Shown: positions 14,290 through 27,879 of the stretch, piece by piece
Layout: every line of letters starts with the position of its first letter
How positions within the stretch are numbered: the first letter of the stretch is position 1
Origin: Saccostrea cucullata
Taxonomy: Eukaryota
Reading direction: 5' to 3'
DNA length: 64,000 nucleotides
Assembly (NCBI RefSeq): GCF_032062105.1
Contig: NW_026929671.1
Location: 310,001-374,000, forward strand
Position numbers and translations under genes: made by a program
Notes under the pieces: generated by a model
Told to the model about the DNA's origin: nothing
The model's database searches: none
Seen by the model: the letters and a program-made list of their open reading frames with translations, nothing else

Positions 14290-14515
14290 CAATACATAAG
14301 GAAAAGAAAAGATTTGACGTTAAATTCGACATTTATATAAATCATCGACGTATAATTAATTAACAATTACTACTTCCATCTATATATCGACTCGATATAT
14401 CCAAAATGAGCTTGAAATAAATGACACAATAGACTCTGACACTTCTGTTCATATTTTGATTTTTTACTAGAAAAAGCCGTTAATGGTAACAAAATTTCCG
14501 AACTTTGTGATAATA
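14290..14515 (+). mobile_element. Decayed Penelope-like RT core
   Basis: Degenerate translation (IDSIYP..ELEINDT.DS.TS..YFDFLL) is homologous to 47555-47710. Its 3' tail probably resumes at about 16060 after nested insertions. Confidence 0.5.
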
Positions 14516-14589
14516 TTAGTTCACAAGGATCAATCAATGGTATACGACGGCTTACCCCGTGTCTCATTTCATGCACCCTGAAGCTACGC

Positions 14590-16057
14590 GTCTTGTATGA
14601 TCTGATGATCTGCTTCTGTCACCTGAACGTGTTACGACTCTTCGGATCAAGTTATTATTGTAATAATATATACAGTTATTATATGAGGGGTGATCAAAAA
14701 GTTCGCGAATTAATTGAATAACTTCCATAAAAGAAACAATATTTGGTTTCGGTGATGATTATATTTTAAATTAATCCTCTCCAATTTTAATGCACATCTG
14801 CAACCGTTCTGCTCATGCGCGAATCACGTGATATAGGCGGTCACGTGAACCATCCGTAGCGTTCTGTCAGGAAAGCTGCAAGATTTTTCTGAGTTTTATA
14901 TTTCTTTCAATGTAAGTTAATTATTAAAACAAGAACAGTTCGTTTGTCAGAAATGGTCAAATCTCGGCAACAAAATGGGCGGATAAGAATATCTTTTCCA
15001 AAAATAAGCATGGCGACCATCAAAACCCAAATCTTCTGTCTCGATAGAGACGTTTATTCAAGGTTGATAGAGAATGGATGCCCCCTTTTTATCATATCTA
15101 ATATGTTTTAAATCTAAAGTAAACGATATCTTAGGTATTTGATAATTATATTATTGTTGAAATATCCAACAATTTTTCAAAGTGTAAATTGGAGGACTTT
15201 GATAGCAAATTGCGTTATTAAAAACACAATTCTTTTCAAACTTGCTTTCACTGGGCAACATAACAGGTATCATTTTTAACCATCTGCCTTCCTTCACTAA
15301 AACGATCAATTCAATCATTGATTGAATTTATAGGAAGACATTTGTCTTAATAAACGTTGTACAAATTTCCATACGCTACTGCAAAGGGATTTCTAAGATA
15401 TACCATAAATTTTACAGTCGTTTGTTTGAATGAGTACGACTGAGACAGCCATTTTTTGTCACAAGTGACCTACATAGTGACGTCATTTTCACATTGTTAC
15501 GCCACAAACAATGAGCAAAACTGTATTTAGCATATGCTATTTAAAGAACTTGAGTATGGCTATGTATGTACCAATTTTTTTTTAATCTGAATTGTGGTTT
15601 TGTAGATATAGAGATAGTTCGCGAACTTTTTGATCACCCCTCGTATACCTAACGTGTATCATTCGATTTTACTGTTGATTTTACGAAATCACGTGACGTC
15701 GTGATCCGACTTTCCGGATCACCACACTGTGGTTTTCTGAATCCATATCACCAATTTCTGAAACTGATTACGTAGTACGCAGAAAGATGACGTTATTTTT
15801 CTTGAGCGTTAAAAAACTCCTTGTTATTATGCTTTGTTTTATAAATAAATATTTGCAAATGATCTCTTTAGTTTTATTTTGCTAGATTTAGCTAGTTTTA
15901 AAGGGGGATATAATAAATTTACCATTATATCAGTAAATTGATCCTAAGAGCCGTATCTCGTCTCGTTGAAAGGCGCGGAAAATCAGATCAAACTCGACGC
16001 TTCGCGTCTCGTTTGATCTGATGATCCGCGCCTGTCAACTCGACGTGTTACGACTCT
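14590..16057. mobile_element. Palindrome-rich non-autonomous DNA element, family uncertain, hosting the mariner MITE
   Basis: GATCTGATGATC...CGTGTTACGACTCT occurs at about 14598-14640 and 16015-16057. The second copy is one arm of a long hairpin (15946-16057) centred on GACGC-TTC-GCGTC. Confidence 0.45.
14684..15643. mobile_element. Non-autonomous mariner-type MITE
   Basis: TIRs TGAGGGGTGATCAAAAAGTTCGCGAA and TTCGCGAACTTTTTGATCACCCCTCG, flanked by TA on both sides. No transposase ORF. Confidence 0.85.
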
Positions 16058-16384
16058 GCTCATGACAATGAACACAGGGCGGGTTTGTCTGGTCAACTGG
16101 TGATGCTTGCTCTGTCACGACACCTGATCCCGCCTCTGATGTTTCAGGGGTCCCTACAATGTCATTTTGTACTGTTTAAAGGAATTTTGAGATCAAGTTC
16201 TTTTCGTTCTCACATTTTTCTTAGCACTTTATGCATATCATCCTCAGTTTTAAAAGTTCAATCAAGACATTCGATCACACTGAGTTTCCTTTTTTGTATG
16301 TACTCTTTATGATTTTTCCTTTACACTGTAGAAATGTTATTAAATAGAAAAGCAAGATACCATGAGAAACAAATGAAACTCAAT

Positions 16385-16605
16385 ACCTACATAAACTACA
16401 TATACATGGTTACTGTCTTGAATTAAAAGCCATATTTAGGCGAAGGTAAATAAAAAGAAAACGTGAAAATACAGCGGGGCTTGCCGAGCTCTCCATCACG
16501 TTTTCGACCCGAGTCAAAATATTTCAAAGCAGTAACAGGATAAACAAAATACGTTGTTACTGGTTTGAAATAGACAGTAACCATGGACATGTATTTTATG
16601 TAGGC
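16385..16605. repeat. Short foldback element
   Basis: CCTACATAAACTACATATACATGGTTACTGTC is inverted against GACAGTAACCATGGACATGTATTTTATGTAGG. Confidence 0.55.
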
Positions 16606-18047
16606 AATATGGGTTGACTTTACTTTACCGGTCCCCAGATCTGAGAGATCCTCGCGCTCACTGGACTATGACGTAACAACTACGTCACTCAACTAACATG
16701 GGTTAAATATATTCGACTGATAAGGGTTAGCCTTGCACTCCCTGAGAGGTTAGGGTTAGTCCTTGAACTAGTATTCGACTGATTAGGGATAGTCTCGCAT
16801 CCATCGGAGAGATTGGGGTTAGTCATCGCACATAATGCAACTGATAACGGTTAGTCTAGCATCTGCCCGGGAGATTTCGTCTAAACGTCTTAGTCCTTGC
16901 ATATCATCCGATGGATTTTGGATAGTGACTCGTTTTTTAAGATAAGTTAAGAAATTCAGTTGTTTTGGTATTTTTCCAAGATCATAATTCAGCTTCAAAG
17001 GCAAATTCGTTCGTTAGTTTACATGGAAGAATGGCTAAGTCCGAAAGAAATGGCACAACGCATGCGCCGTACGCGCTTCGTTCAGAAAATTCTCTGTTTA
17101 TTTTTTCAATGAATAAACAATATTAATTTTTTTCAGAAAACGGGGTTAAAAATTTCGTTTGAAAACGATTTTCTAAACTAAGCTTTTAACCATAGAATTC
17201 GATTTTGGGGTCAAAAGCCCCAAAGACCTCGTATTTAGATATTTTTTCGATCGCTCACGCGACCTCATATATACTGAAGTCGCCTTCGGCGAGACTACAT
17301 TTTTGCGTGTTTTTCTGGGGACCGGTAAAATAAATTCTCCTATGACTTCCAAAACGAGCAATTTTCTCGACCAAATGTCACAATGTTTTTTGAACATCTG
17401 GGTACGTGCACGAGGCTTTATTGGGACATTTACTGAATAAAGTTTAATTTTATAAGGTAATCTTAATTAGATCAATGCAAGACTAGTTGCAGGATAAAAA
17501 GTATTACATAATTGTGTAACGGATTCCTTATGGTTAAAACGTACGTACACAACATTCTTTTTAAACTGTTGTGCAGAATTTAAACAAATAACAGCCTTAT
17601 CTGGATCAATTCTTTATTTCATCGAACGCGGTAACTTTACCTTGCAGTAAATTTTCATAAAATCTTTTTGACATGCACGGAAACCCGAAAGTGCAAACCA
17701 AAACTAGTTTGAACTTTCAAATGCATATGTTAGATAAAAACAAAATGAATAATTTTAGAAAATGAAACTAAAGAAAAAATATTGAACACAAAAAAAAATA
17801 AACCCATGAAATTTAATAGTACGCAGTAAGGACATAGACATAAATTATCACAGAAATAGAATATGTTAATTACATGTAGCATGAATTGTATTGACCTGCT
17901 TTTCTTTCGACTTAACACAAGCCTGATAACGAAATCGGAAAATATTTACACTTACACTTTACATTTACACTAAGCTATTCCCGTTTTATTAATTGAATAA
18001 TGGAGTCAACGATTACAACAGGAGGATTTCTTTTAAGCTTCAGAAAA

Positions 18048-18540
18048 ATATTAAATTCCCTTACTTATGCAGCAATATACCTTCATCACCTGCATATGAA
18101 GTGTATATATTTCAGTTGATTCGATACGCAAGGGCATGCTCTACGTATGAACAATTTCCAAAACGATGTAAATTATTGACAAACAAGTTGATGAAGCAAA
18201 AATATCAGCAGTCTCGTTTAAAGTCATCATTTCGTAAGTTCTATGGTCGATACAATGACCTTGTCAGCAAATACAATTAATCATTCAGTCAAATGCTGAC
18301 TGACGTTTTTCATACAAATTGTTGGTCCATTATTGATACACTGAATTGACGACGGATTTTTCCGTTATTTCACGATCATGACACTGAGCACACGGCGGGT
18401 GTGAGCGGTAGCAGGTGATGCTCACTCCTCCATGGCACCTGATCCCACCTCTGATGTTTCGGAGGTCCGAGTTTGCTCTGCTCCTATTTTGTATTGTTTT
18501 ATGGACTTTGTTATTGAATACTGTTCTTTATCTCCATATC
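18048..18540 (+). mobile_element. Penelope-like retroelement 3' end (RT C-terminus plus tail); clade uncertain, possibly Naiad-type
   Basis: FPYLCSNIPSSPAYEVYIFQLIRYARACS...KFYGRYNDLV resembles the PLE RT C-terminal region. No GIY-YIG follows. About ten copies in the window. Confidence 0.7.
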
Positions 18541-19535
18541 ATTCTGAAATCCTCATGGTTTTGAATTACATGATTGCGATGCTTAATGATGATTTAACCA
18601 ATTGAATTACATGATAATATTTTATGCAGAAAACACTAAAAAAAATGTTTTCATTTACGTACAGGACAACCCATATTACTTTTTTTTCTGTAAGTCAATA
18701 TGCATCTTTTCCCCTTTTTTGAACAAATACTTTTGTTTTTATCGAGCAACGTAGTTTTTACTTGAAATGGCTACTTTTTCTTTTATTGAATGTTTTTTTT
18801 TATTTATTTTTAAATTGCACTTTTTGGCTTCCTTTGTCATGTTTTGAACATTTATAGATAAGGAGTTGGTAGTAGGACAAACAGTTTTTGTTAGCTTGGA
18901 GGATTAGGTATTTTTGAAACTCTTAATATAAGAAGGTAAGGACTGGATTTTTCTTTTAAATTATTGCTGGTATATTTGATAAATGTTTATTTTTTCATAC
19001 TTCATCATTAGTTCTTTTTTGTATTCAAACCAGGCTTCTTTTCTCTGGGGGATCTGCATGTCTTGATCTGCTATGATTAAAATAAAATTCAAATTCATAG
19101 ACAGTCTAAATGACACAAGAATCTACCATCTTGTTTCTGAATGGGGCATTTCAAAACGTCAAAATTAATGAAATTTCCATGTTTTATGGAATACTTCAAA
19201 ACATAATAGACACAAAAGGATTTATACAACAAAAATCAAAACAAATGATTGAGAGAACCTCAAATTCCTATGTTATGAATATTAAAAGCGTATAGATAAT
19301 GCTTTTAAAAATATCCAACCATTATTTTTAAATTTTGTATTTTATTAAAGATGTTAAAAAAACATCTGCTTTAATTTTAAAATATTATTGTGATTGGCAA
19401 AGTATTGCGCAATGGAAACCCTAGTCACCCTCTTAGATTCTGATAAAGATATAATGTTTGAATGAACAAAATGTTTATATTCAAGATTAAGATGTATTAT
19501 TTTTAGAACTTATACATCATTTTTAGAACCACAAT

Positions 19536-21747
19536 ATGGATAGGCCAGGATACAGCGTCCAATATAAAGTACAACAGTGTTTTCAATGTCAACGGGACAA
19601 AGAATTCTACTGTTACACGTGTAAATATGATCTATGTTCAAAGTGTAAAACGATGCATGAAAAAAACTCTGATACTAAATACCACAACATTATGACATAT
19701 AAGACTCTTCGTGGAGAAAAAAGCGTTACTGTGCAATACAGAATTCGACAGTGTTCTCATTTTGTACAATGTGTGAATGTCTCAGAATTCTACTGTAGGG
19801 AGTGTGATCATGACATGTGTCAACAGTGTTTACTTCAACATGTATCAGCTCCATATTACAGAAACCATTATGCTAAGTTTTATCGTGAGAAATATAAACA
19901 CTTCTTCAAAGAGAAAACCTGTTTGGGACATCCAAACAGAAATAACGAAATAGACTATGGAACACTCAGTCCCCAATGTAAAGTTCGGCGGTGTTTTCAG
20001 TGTCAGGGGGACACAGAATAAGGGAGAGGTTTTTTTAAGTCAGGGAGAGGTTTTTTTAAGTTGCAAGAACTTGTTACCAATCCCATTGTATAAATTATAC
20101 AATAAAATATGTTCAAAACATCAAAACACAGAATTCTACTGTAACACGTGTAACCAAGACCTGTGTCTACAGTGTAAAGATGGACACGTTATTTATCTGG
20201 ATACCATGTACCATGATGTTGTGATTTATCGCGAGAAATTTGAAAACATTTCATTACAAAAGAGATGTGTCAAACATCCAGACAGAATCCATGAAATGTT
20301 TTGCGACTCGTGCAACTTTCCTATCTGTGTCCAATGTAAATTACACCAAAAACATCAAATACTGGATATAAGGAAAGCATATAAAACATACCGTCAACAA
20401 TACAAAAAAATATTTCATAAAATCAGACGTGAGATTCTCTATAACAGCTGCTTTCTGCTTGATGGAATCAAAAATGACATAGAGACTGTTCAGACAGGTA
20501 TCTCCAACCGTCGATCAGAAATTTCAGCAAGATTAAAGGCCATTATGGACACTGAGATACATGATTTTAAACTCAAATACAGATGCCATTTTATACAAAG
20601 GTTACAAGAACAAAATAGAAAAGTGTACAAACACCTTTCTTACATAGAAAACTTTGAACACGTATTTAAACGGTTATCAAACAGAGCGGTAAAATTTCTC
20701 TTCTTCGTAAAGAAAACAAGAGTTGCAAAGATAAAAGACATTTATTATCTGGCACAACACACTGCGTTTTATCTGACTGAAGAAATTAATATGAAAAATG
20801 TGACTAAGTTACTGAGTGAAATCAAAATCAAAGAGGAAGGAAAAAGACAAATAGAAAGTGTTTGTCAGCTGCAACTAATGTCAAAACCTACAAGTAAACT
20901 ACAAATCTCACTGACAGGAGTTAGCGGTGTCACACATATTTCCACTGCGACACCAGATCACGTCTGGTTCAGTGATGGTATCCATCTTTTTTTGGCAAAC
21001 GTTGAAGGTCACAACCTACATCATCTAAAGTGTATAAGACTGGTAAATTATGGGATACATACAGTGAACATGACGTGTGATCTTATTTATATAGATAGGG
21101 ATTATAACATTAAAAAGTTTTTTAAAGACACCAGATCTAAATCTACACTAATGAAGAAAAGATCACCATGGCTACCGCTCTGTGTGGTCTGCTCACCCTC
21201 CAACAATGACCTTCTGGTCGGGATGCTGAGCACTGATACTTGGGCAGGCAAAGTAACACGGTATAACAACGAAGGAAAAGTGATACAAACAATACAACAT
21301 GACACTGCAGGGCAGCAACTCTATTGTCTTCCAAGGTACATCACAGAGAACCGCAATGGAGATGTTATTGTGTCTGACCTTACCGATATTGATAATAATG
21401 ATTATGGCCGTGGTGCTGTAGTGGTCATAGATTATAAAGGAAGACATCGCTTCTCCTACACAGGCCACCCATCAGAGTCAGATCTCCTGCCCCATGGAAT
21501 CTGTACTGACACATTATCAAACATTCTGTTGTGTGATTCTAAGACCAACACAATACATTTGATCGATAAGGACGGCCATTTCATGATGCAGATTCAGACA
21601 CAGGATCAAGGGATAGGCAGACCAATGTGCCTGAGCTTTGATCATAAGAATCATCTTCTCTGGATCGGATCATGTGACAGCAACAAAGTGTGTGTATACA
21701 GATACATAGAGAGGAAAAACTATCTGAAAAATCATTGTGATGATTAA
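19536..21747 (+). pseudogene. B-box / coiled-coil / NHL-repeat (TRIM-like, RING-less) gene disrupted by a 115-bp frameshifting insertion
   Basis: ATG follows a ttttag acceptor. Three tandem CxxC..EFYCxxCxxD(L/M)CxxC..H B-boxes, then a CxKH..FCDSCNFPICVQC B-box, a coiled coil and an NHL propeller (PRYITENRNGDVIVSD, PHGICTD). ORFs 19536-20021 and 19957-21747 join in frame if the insertion is removed. Confidence 0.85.
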
Positions 21748-22569
21748 ATTTAATACAAAAATACACTTGTATCTGATCAACGAACAGATTATTGTAACTA
21801 GCATATTAGATCCATCTAAAAAACATACAAAATAGACCTTTAAGTAATTCAGCAACGTACTGACTTTCCATTTTTGCACTGACTAACTTAGACTATGTAT
21901 GACCCTGCTGTCTAAACTGCAAAACCTAGACAATTATTGAACTTTTTAAAACCGGCACTGATACACATGTAAATAAAAAGTGCTGATCCTTTCACTGTCC
22001 CTGCTGAGAAAAGTAGACAAGTGCTTACATTCCATGTTAAGTATTGTCCCTTTCCTTCTTTTTCTAGATCTCTATAACTTTAATATCCAACGATTATGAT
22101 TGTCTCTTTTTTATTTTGTTTTTAAAAGAATACAGTACCTAACAAATGCTTAGAATACACCAGAAGGATTTACTAACTATTTTTCATTTTACAAATGATT
22201 GTTACAGTCGTAATTATTATCATTTTTTACACATCCTTCTTTCCCAAATGCTATGAAAAAAGACAAAATACATCTGTATATTGAGGTTGTATTTTATTTA
22301 TCAAAGATTTTGGTCGTTTCGTTTGACAGTCTATTTGCTACCCCCTTACGACAGCACTACCGAAAGACAGGATTCTTCCCAGTGGTACGGATTAAAAGAA
22401 TAGACAATTTTGCACTACATTATTTTAGAAGAATTTCCAAAGATCTTACGCTTAATGTTATGATTTAGATGATGTAATACGGAAGAGTAGAAGCGATCTT
22501 TTTTTACATGGTTGAACATGTATTTATTTTATTTTTATAAATTCTATATGCTACACAAGTATTCAGTAA

Positions 22570-23300
22570 AGAACTATATATGGTATCAGCCAATTAAGGC
22601 CCCCATTCAGAAAATGTTTATCTTTGCTAAGGAGAGGGAGAAGGCAAGGGTGCTACTAAAAAAATATAATTTAATTTGCTCAGGCATTCCGTTGCCATGG
22701 AAACCACCGTCAAAAACATATACCTTCAGACCTCTGAATCTGGCATCTAATGCCATCTATTGTCATTTAACAAATCTTTAATTTTGATACCAACTATATT
22801 GTCTTAAGTTACTGATTGTACGTATACTGTGGGATATGTCAACGTGGCTGTTTTACTAAGAAAATATATCTAATATTTATAGGTATTCCGTTACCATGGA
22901 AACCATCTTAAAACTTATTCCTTCATATCTGAAATTATGGCTTTCATTGGCAATTAAGAAATATGTAATTTTGGTAGCATCTATAAAATCTTCAATAAAT
23001 GTTTATATTTGTATTTTTGGATATCCTAAGGGGATTCTCTTACTAGGACAATATATTTAAATCGATAGGCAATCCCGTTGCCATGGTAACCATTTTTACA
23101 AACTTACTCCTTCAGACCAGTTTTGTTGTTATTTACCTAACAAAAACAATCGTTAATTTTTGATACAATTTTTGTGATTTTTTTTGTTTGTTTCTTTATG
23201 TTAAACTATATTTTTTTTAGGAAAAGAAAATTTTTAACATTTTAACAAAAACTTGGTATCGAGGATTGAGGGGCGTGGTTGCTGACAGGAATCAACTTAC
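22570..23300. repeat. Element with about 190-bp diverged internal tandem units, probably Helentron-associated
   Basis: CCGTT(G/A)CCATGG(A/T)AACCA recurs at about 22689, 22888 and 23075. Confidence 0.45.
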
Positions 23301-23703
23301 AATAAGTCTGTCCGTTAATGCAGTCCTTTCCGATAATAACTTTGCAACTAAGAAACATTAGAACCTTATATTTTAGTGTATGTATACATATGATTTATGA
23401 CGATTAAATCTCTAATTCACAGTCTTTTTACAAAAAAAACAGATATGCCATGATCATTTATAAAATTCAAGTCACTGGCAGATAAAAATATGAAAAATGC
23501 TATTAATAGGATTTTATCAGTTATCATTTTACCAAGGAATTCATATAAAAATACATTTGTATCATTCAGCATTACAGTGTTTTTTGCAATATGAACATTA
23601 ATATTTTGCATAGCATGATCATAGTTGAAGTGCAGAAAAAAGTCGAACATATAGACTTGTATTTCTTTTATTTATGAATAATTATGATTCTAGCCAAAGT
23701 GTC

Positions 23704-23998
23704 GCCGGCGTGGCGCATTGTTTAGAGCGTCAGAGCGTCTGCTCTAGAGTCGCGAGGTAAGGAGTCAATCCTTACGTCGCGGGTTCGAATCCCACTGCGG
23801 GACGTAGAGGCCGGTCCTTCATATGAGACCGTATAAACCGAGGTCCCGTATCGCATGAAAAAGATTTTTCACTGTTCAATGGCCCTAAGTGCCGTCTATA
23901 GGTTAGAATTTGCAGCCCTCTATGGGCAAGTGGTGGCGTCTCAATATGAGTGAAAAATTCTTGAGAGGGACATAAAACAACAATCAATCAATCAATCA
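23704..23998 (+). mobile_element. tRNA-derived SINE with a Meta-SINE-like core
   Basis: A box GTGGCGCATTG, B box GGGTTCGAATCCC, core GAGACCGTATAAACCGAGGTCCCG, (CAAT)n tail. Confidence 0.8.
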
Positions 23999-26359
23999 TT
24001 TTTAATATTCTTTCCACTGAAATCTATGGCACTTTCTTATAAACATGTAAATAAATTCTAGTTTCAGAATTGGATGTTCGAGCAATTATTGCCTACAGTA
24101 CGTTGTTAAAAAATTCCAAAGGTATAATGATATAAGGTTTTTAAAAGTAAACATACAAATGATAAAGAAAACAATACAAATTCATATAACTGGTCATTTA
24201 AGAGATACACAAATTCAATGTATAGATTGGTTTGTTTGCTTTTTTTATCTAGCCTTTCGAGAACTCTTTATTCAAAATATTATGTTCCATTCCGAAGTGT
24301 GATTTGAACTTGCGACTTGAGGATCTCTATACTCTGAGACTAATGGGCAAATGATCTAACCACTGCACCATGCAGGCGCCTCAATAAAAAGATCTGATGA
24401 AATATTGGAATATTGATTTAATATCATAGAGGGGAAGGGTGCAATCACTGAATCAGTAAAATATACTGAGTAATCAATAACTTTAGTCTTATGCGTCTTC
24501 GATAAAAAATAAATCTAATCTCAACTAGAACTTTAATGAGATTTTCCGACAAGCAATGCATGTACAAGTTACAGCCTTGATTGTGTTACGAAGGTATCAA
24601 TAACACACACCACTTTTTCAACACGCAAAGAAATGTACTGAGACTTATCTGTAGAGTCCGGGAGAGAAATCATCTCTCTTTATCTAACTATTCTTTCATA
24701 ACCAGTAAATGCCAATCTATTAACTAATTAATTCAAATAAAGAGGAATTAATAATTATAATAATTTAAAAAAAAACTTACAATGGATGAGGTAAAAAAAT
24801 TCGATGTTCTGTTGAGTACGTGCTACTGCAGTAAACAGTAAAAAAATGTATTTAGAGAAAGAGAATATGTACTTCATGTATAACAGGTCCATCATGATAC
24901 AACTATGTATGTGGTTTAATAATTCACACTTTGATATTTTATTATAACAAATTAACCCTAAAAAATAAGAAATTAAATTAATGAATTATTAGAATTAAAA
25001 ATGTGATGCATTTTTATTGTTTTGTAGCACCGTGACAATATAAATCAAATGTTTATTCAAAGCTTTGTGATTATTATGTTTATTTTTTTTTTTAAAGCCT
25101 ATTTTTTTTTTTAATTTGGTAAAAATAAATTAGTTAATTATGCATTAAAATTAAATGATAGAAATATATATATTATTTTTGTTGTGACGTCTATGTGTAC
25201 TCAAGATTGAAAGAAAATTATTTTAGCTGGTTTTATTTTAGTTAATTACTAATACCCCGAACTTCCTAGAATAATGTTTAATTTTTCGAGGAAAAAAAAA
25301 ACAAAGACACGTCTCGTTGGCCGTACATTTGTTGCCTTGTAAACAATGAACGATATGGGAAGAAATGACAACATATATGTAAATATGCACGCACAATGAA
25401 CGTATTTCTACATAAGATAATTTCATAAAAAGTATACTGTATATATTTCTTCTGTGAACAAATTTCTTGTACAGCAGACTTGAAGTTTAAGCGATTCGAA
25501 GATCAAATTCTATCAGCGTACGTGTTCCTTCTGTCTTGTGATCCACACCGGTACATTCAGACATCAACAAATCAATGTCGATCGATCGCGATAAAATATA
25601 TTTTTTTTATCACAAATATGTTTCAAAAACAGATATGTCTAGAAGTTAATGTTGGAAAACATAGGGCCTGCATGAAGCCATCGATAGACGACGCTACTTC
25701 GAAAAAAAAAACACCTGTCAACAACGTCGTCTCTCTCTCTCCGTACTTACTTGTGACGTCACGCGAGTCAGAAAGTGCTATTTTAATCAAGGTTTTTTAA
25801 ATTGTTAAGTGTTTGCGACTTTTTGAACAAGATTAATTTTTTGCATGAAGACTTTCTTTGAAAATATCCTTTACATGTGTAAATATCTTTCTTGTTCAAG
25901 GCGTCGCACATACCTAAAATCGCCGTTTACGATGTCAAAAATCCCACTTTTTGACATTTTCTTGTAAACTTATTCACTTTAAACCTTTAATTCTCTGCTT
26001 ATTACTTAAATCAATATATCAATTGAACCATAAAAGAAAAATATGAATTCTCATCTTTCAAAAAAAATCAATTTCACTGAGGTTAATTGACGTTTAAATT
26101 TTAGCAAAACGGGGGCTAAAATATAATAGAAACCATATATAGTTCTTTAGATAATTCTCTTTTTCATATTTTTTCATAAAAAACAACAACTACAATATGT
26201 TCCCACTGAATTTTAAACGATAAAGAACTGTTATAGTTTTTCTATATTGGACACAGTATTACATTAAAAAATCATGTTTCAAAGTTTCTATTTTGTTACA
26301 ATGCAGATACATACATAATTCATCTCTTTTTTTGGTCATCTTTTTTTGTAAATGAATTC

Positions 26360-27830
26360 AAATGTTTCGAGTACCGGGGAATTCCAAAGGCAATATTGCT
26401 TGAAAACAAGTATACAAACTTTTTCCATGAGATTTTTGTAAAGAAAATTTCTTGATTTTCAAATATATTAGAATATGCTGAAGGGATTTAATTTTTTTTT
26501 GTTGGTACTTTACGAATATTTTAAGTGGCTGACAAAAATAACATATCCAGTTAGTTTTGGCAATAATATTGGAAAAATTGTCAAGTGGTCTAAAGGATCC
26601 CCTGTAATCAAACAGATCATTTACTTTTAAGATTTCAGATGTATTCCATTTTATCAAAGAAGATGAATTTATCTTTACATACCAAAATGCTAAATTTCAT
26701 CAGATTATCTTTAAAAAAAAAAACATAATTCACTTTTACATTCGTTAAAACAACTTAGTACTTCTTAGTAAAATTATTTAACATGTATTAAAAAAAAACA
26801 ATCCACACCTATTGATGAACCTTTAAAAGGATAGTAGATATAAACATTATCTTTTTTTGCAAAAATCATTTAAAATATCGAACAGTTAACCCTTTGAAAA
26901 AAGCAAACGTGGGTTCTTCGCTGTTTTCATTTATTTAACTTTACATTCAATTTTGACAATGGATTTTATAATATAGTTATTATCGGAAGAAATAAATTTG
27001 ACAATGTATACATCAGTTTGAAATAGCAAGCGTATGGATAATAGACGCTTTCTTCGTTTCCAGGATTAAATTTTTTTTCCATCTCATTAAATATTCTTAT
27101 CAAGTTTTTATTGTAAAATTCATTTTCATCGTGACCTAAATAGATACCTCAACATTTAACTGCTTTGTTGGCAACTCAATTCCATATAGCTCGTCAAAAT
27201 AGTTTTTCATATTCCCAAGCATAATACACTCTCTTTGAGTAATATTAATTTTAGAATCAGCACATTTGCCAAGTGCGTTAACAGTACATCTTATGTAATC
27301 TTTATGAATAATACGTCATTTAATGTAACTGTTAAATTATCTGCGTGTTGGATATTTTTAACCCCTCGATTATTCATTGGGATACAGTTATGGTTATTTT
27401 GCACTTCATTTTTTTTTATTTCGAAATCAAAAATCCTAAATCTACTTGTCATTGAACATATTTTAGAAATCCATCCATCGTTTTTCATTTCAAAAACCGG
27501 GTTTATTCATTGACTGGTTGTCCATTTAATAAAGTAGTTACCAATATTGAATTTCTTTAATACTTAAACATGTTATATAAAGTTCTATTCAAGAGAATCA
27601 AAAGCCTTTTCCAGATCCTACATGTAACATTATAAAATTAAGTTATAAAACTTAGTTCTCTGATTCCAAATATTCAACTATGTCAACCTTGTGTTTTCGC
27701 CAGCCTATCACTTTTTTGTATGCAGTTTGATTTTCATAAATTAAATCAGATTAGGTTTTTGTAATCTTTTGGCAAGCGCTGTAGTTTTATAATCAGTGTT
27801 TGTCAAACTTCCTGTACGATACTTTTTTGA
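26360..27830 (-). mobile_element. Decayed L1/Tx1-like LINE ORF2 fragment
   Basis: Minus-strand fragments KNDGWISK and VKNIQHADNLTVTL (QYADD motif); many stops. Confidence 0.6.
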
Positions 27831-27879
27831 GTTTTTTCCTAAAAGAAAACTAATGATATTATTTATTGTTGTTATGTGC

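Noticed and set aside
18930-18950. AAGAAGGTAAGGACTG shared with about 43672 as a conserved TRIM exon donor
   Set aside because: Short match with unrelated flanks, in non-equivalent positions relative to the two genes.
23704-23795. tRNA gene
   Set aside because: The A and B boxes run into a SINE core and microsatellite tail; there is no clean cloverleaf.
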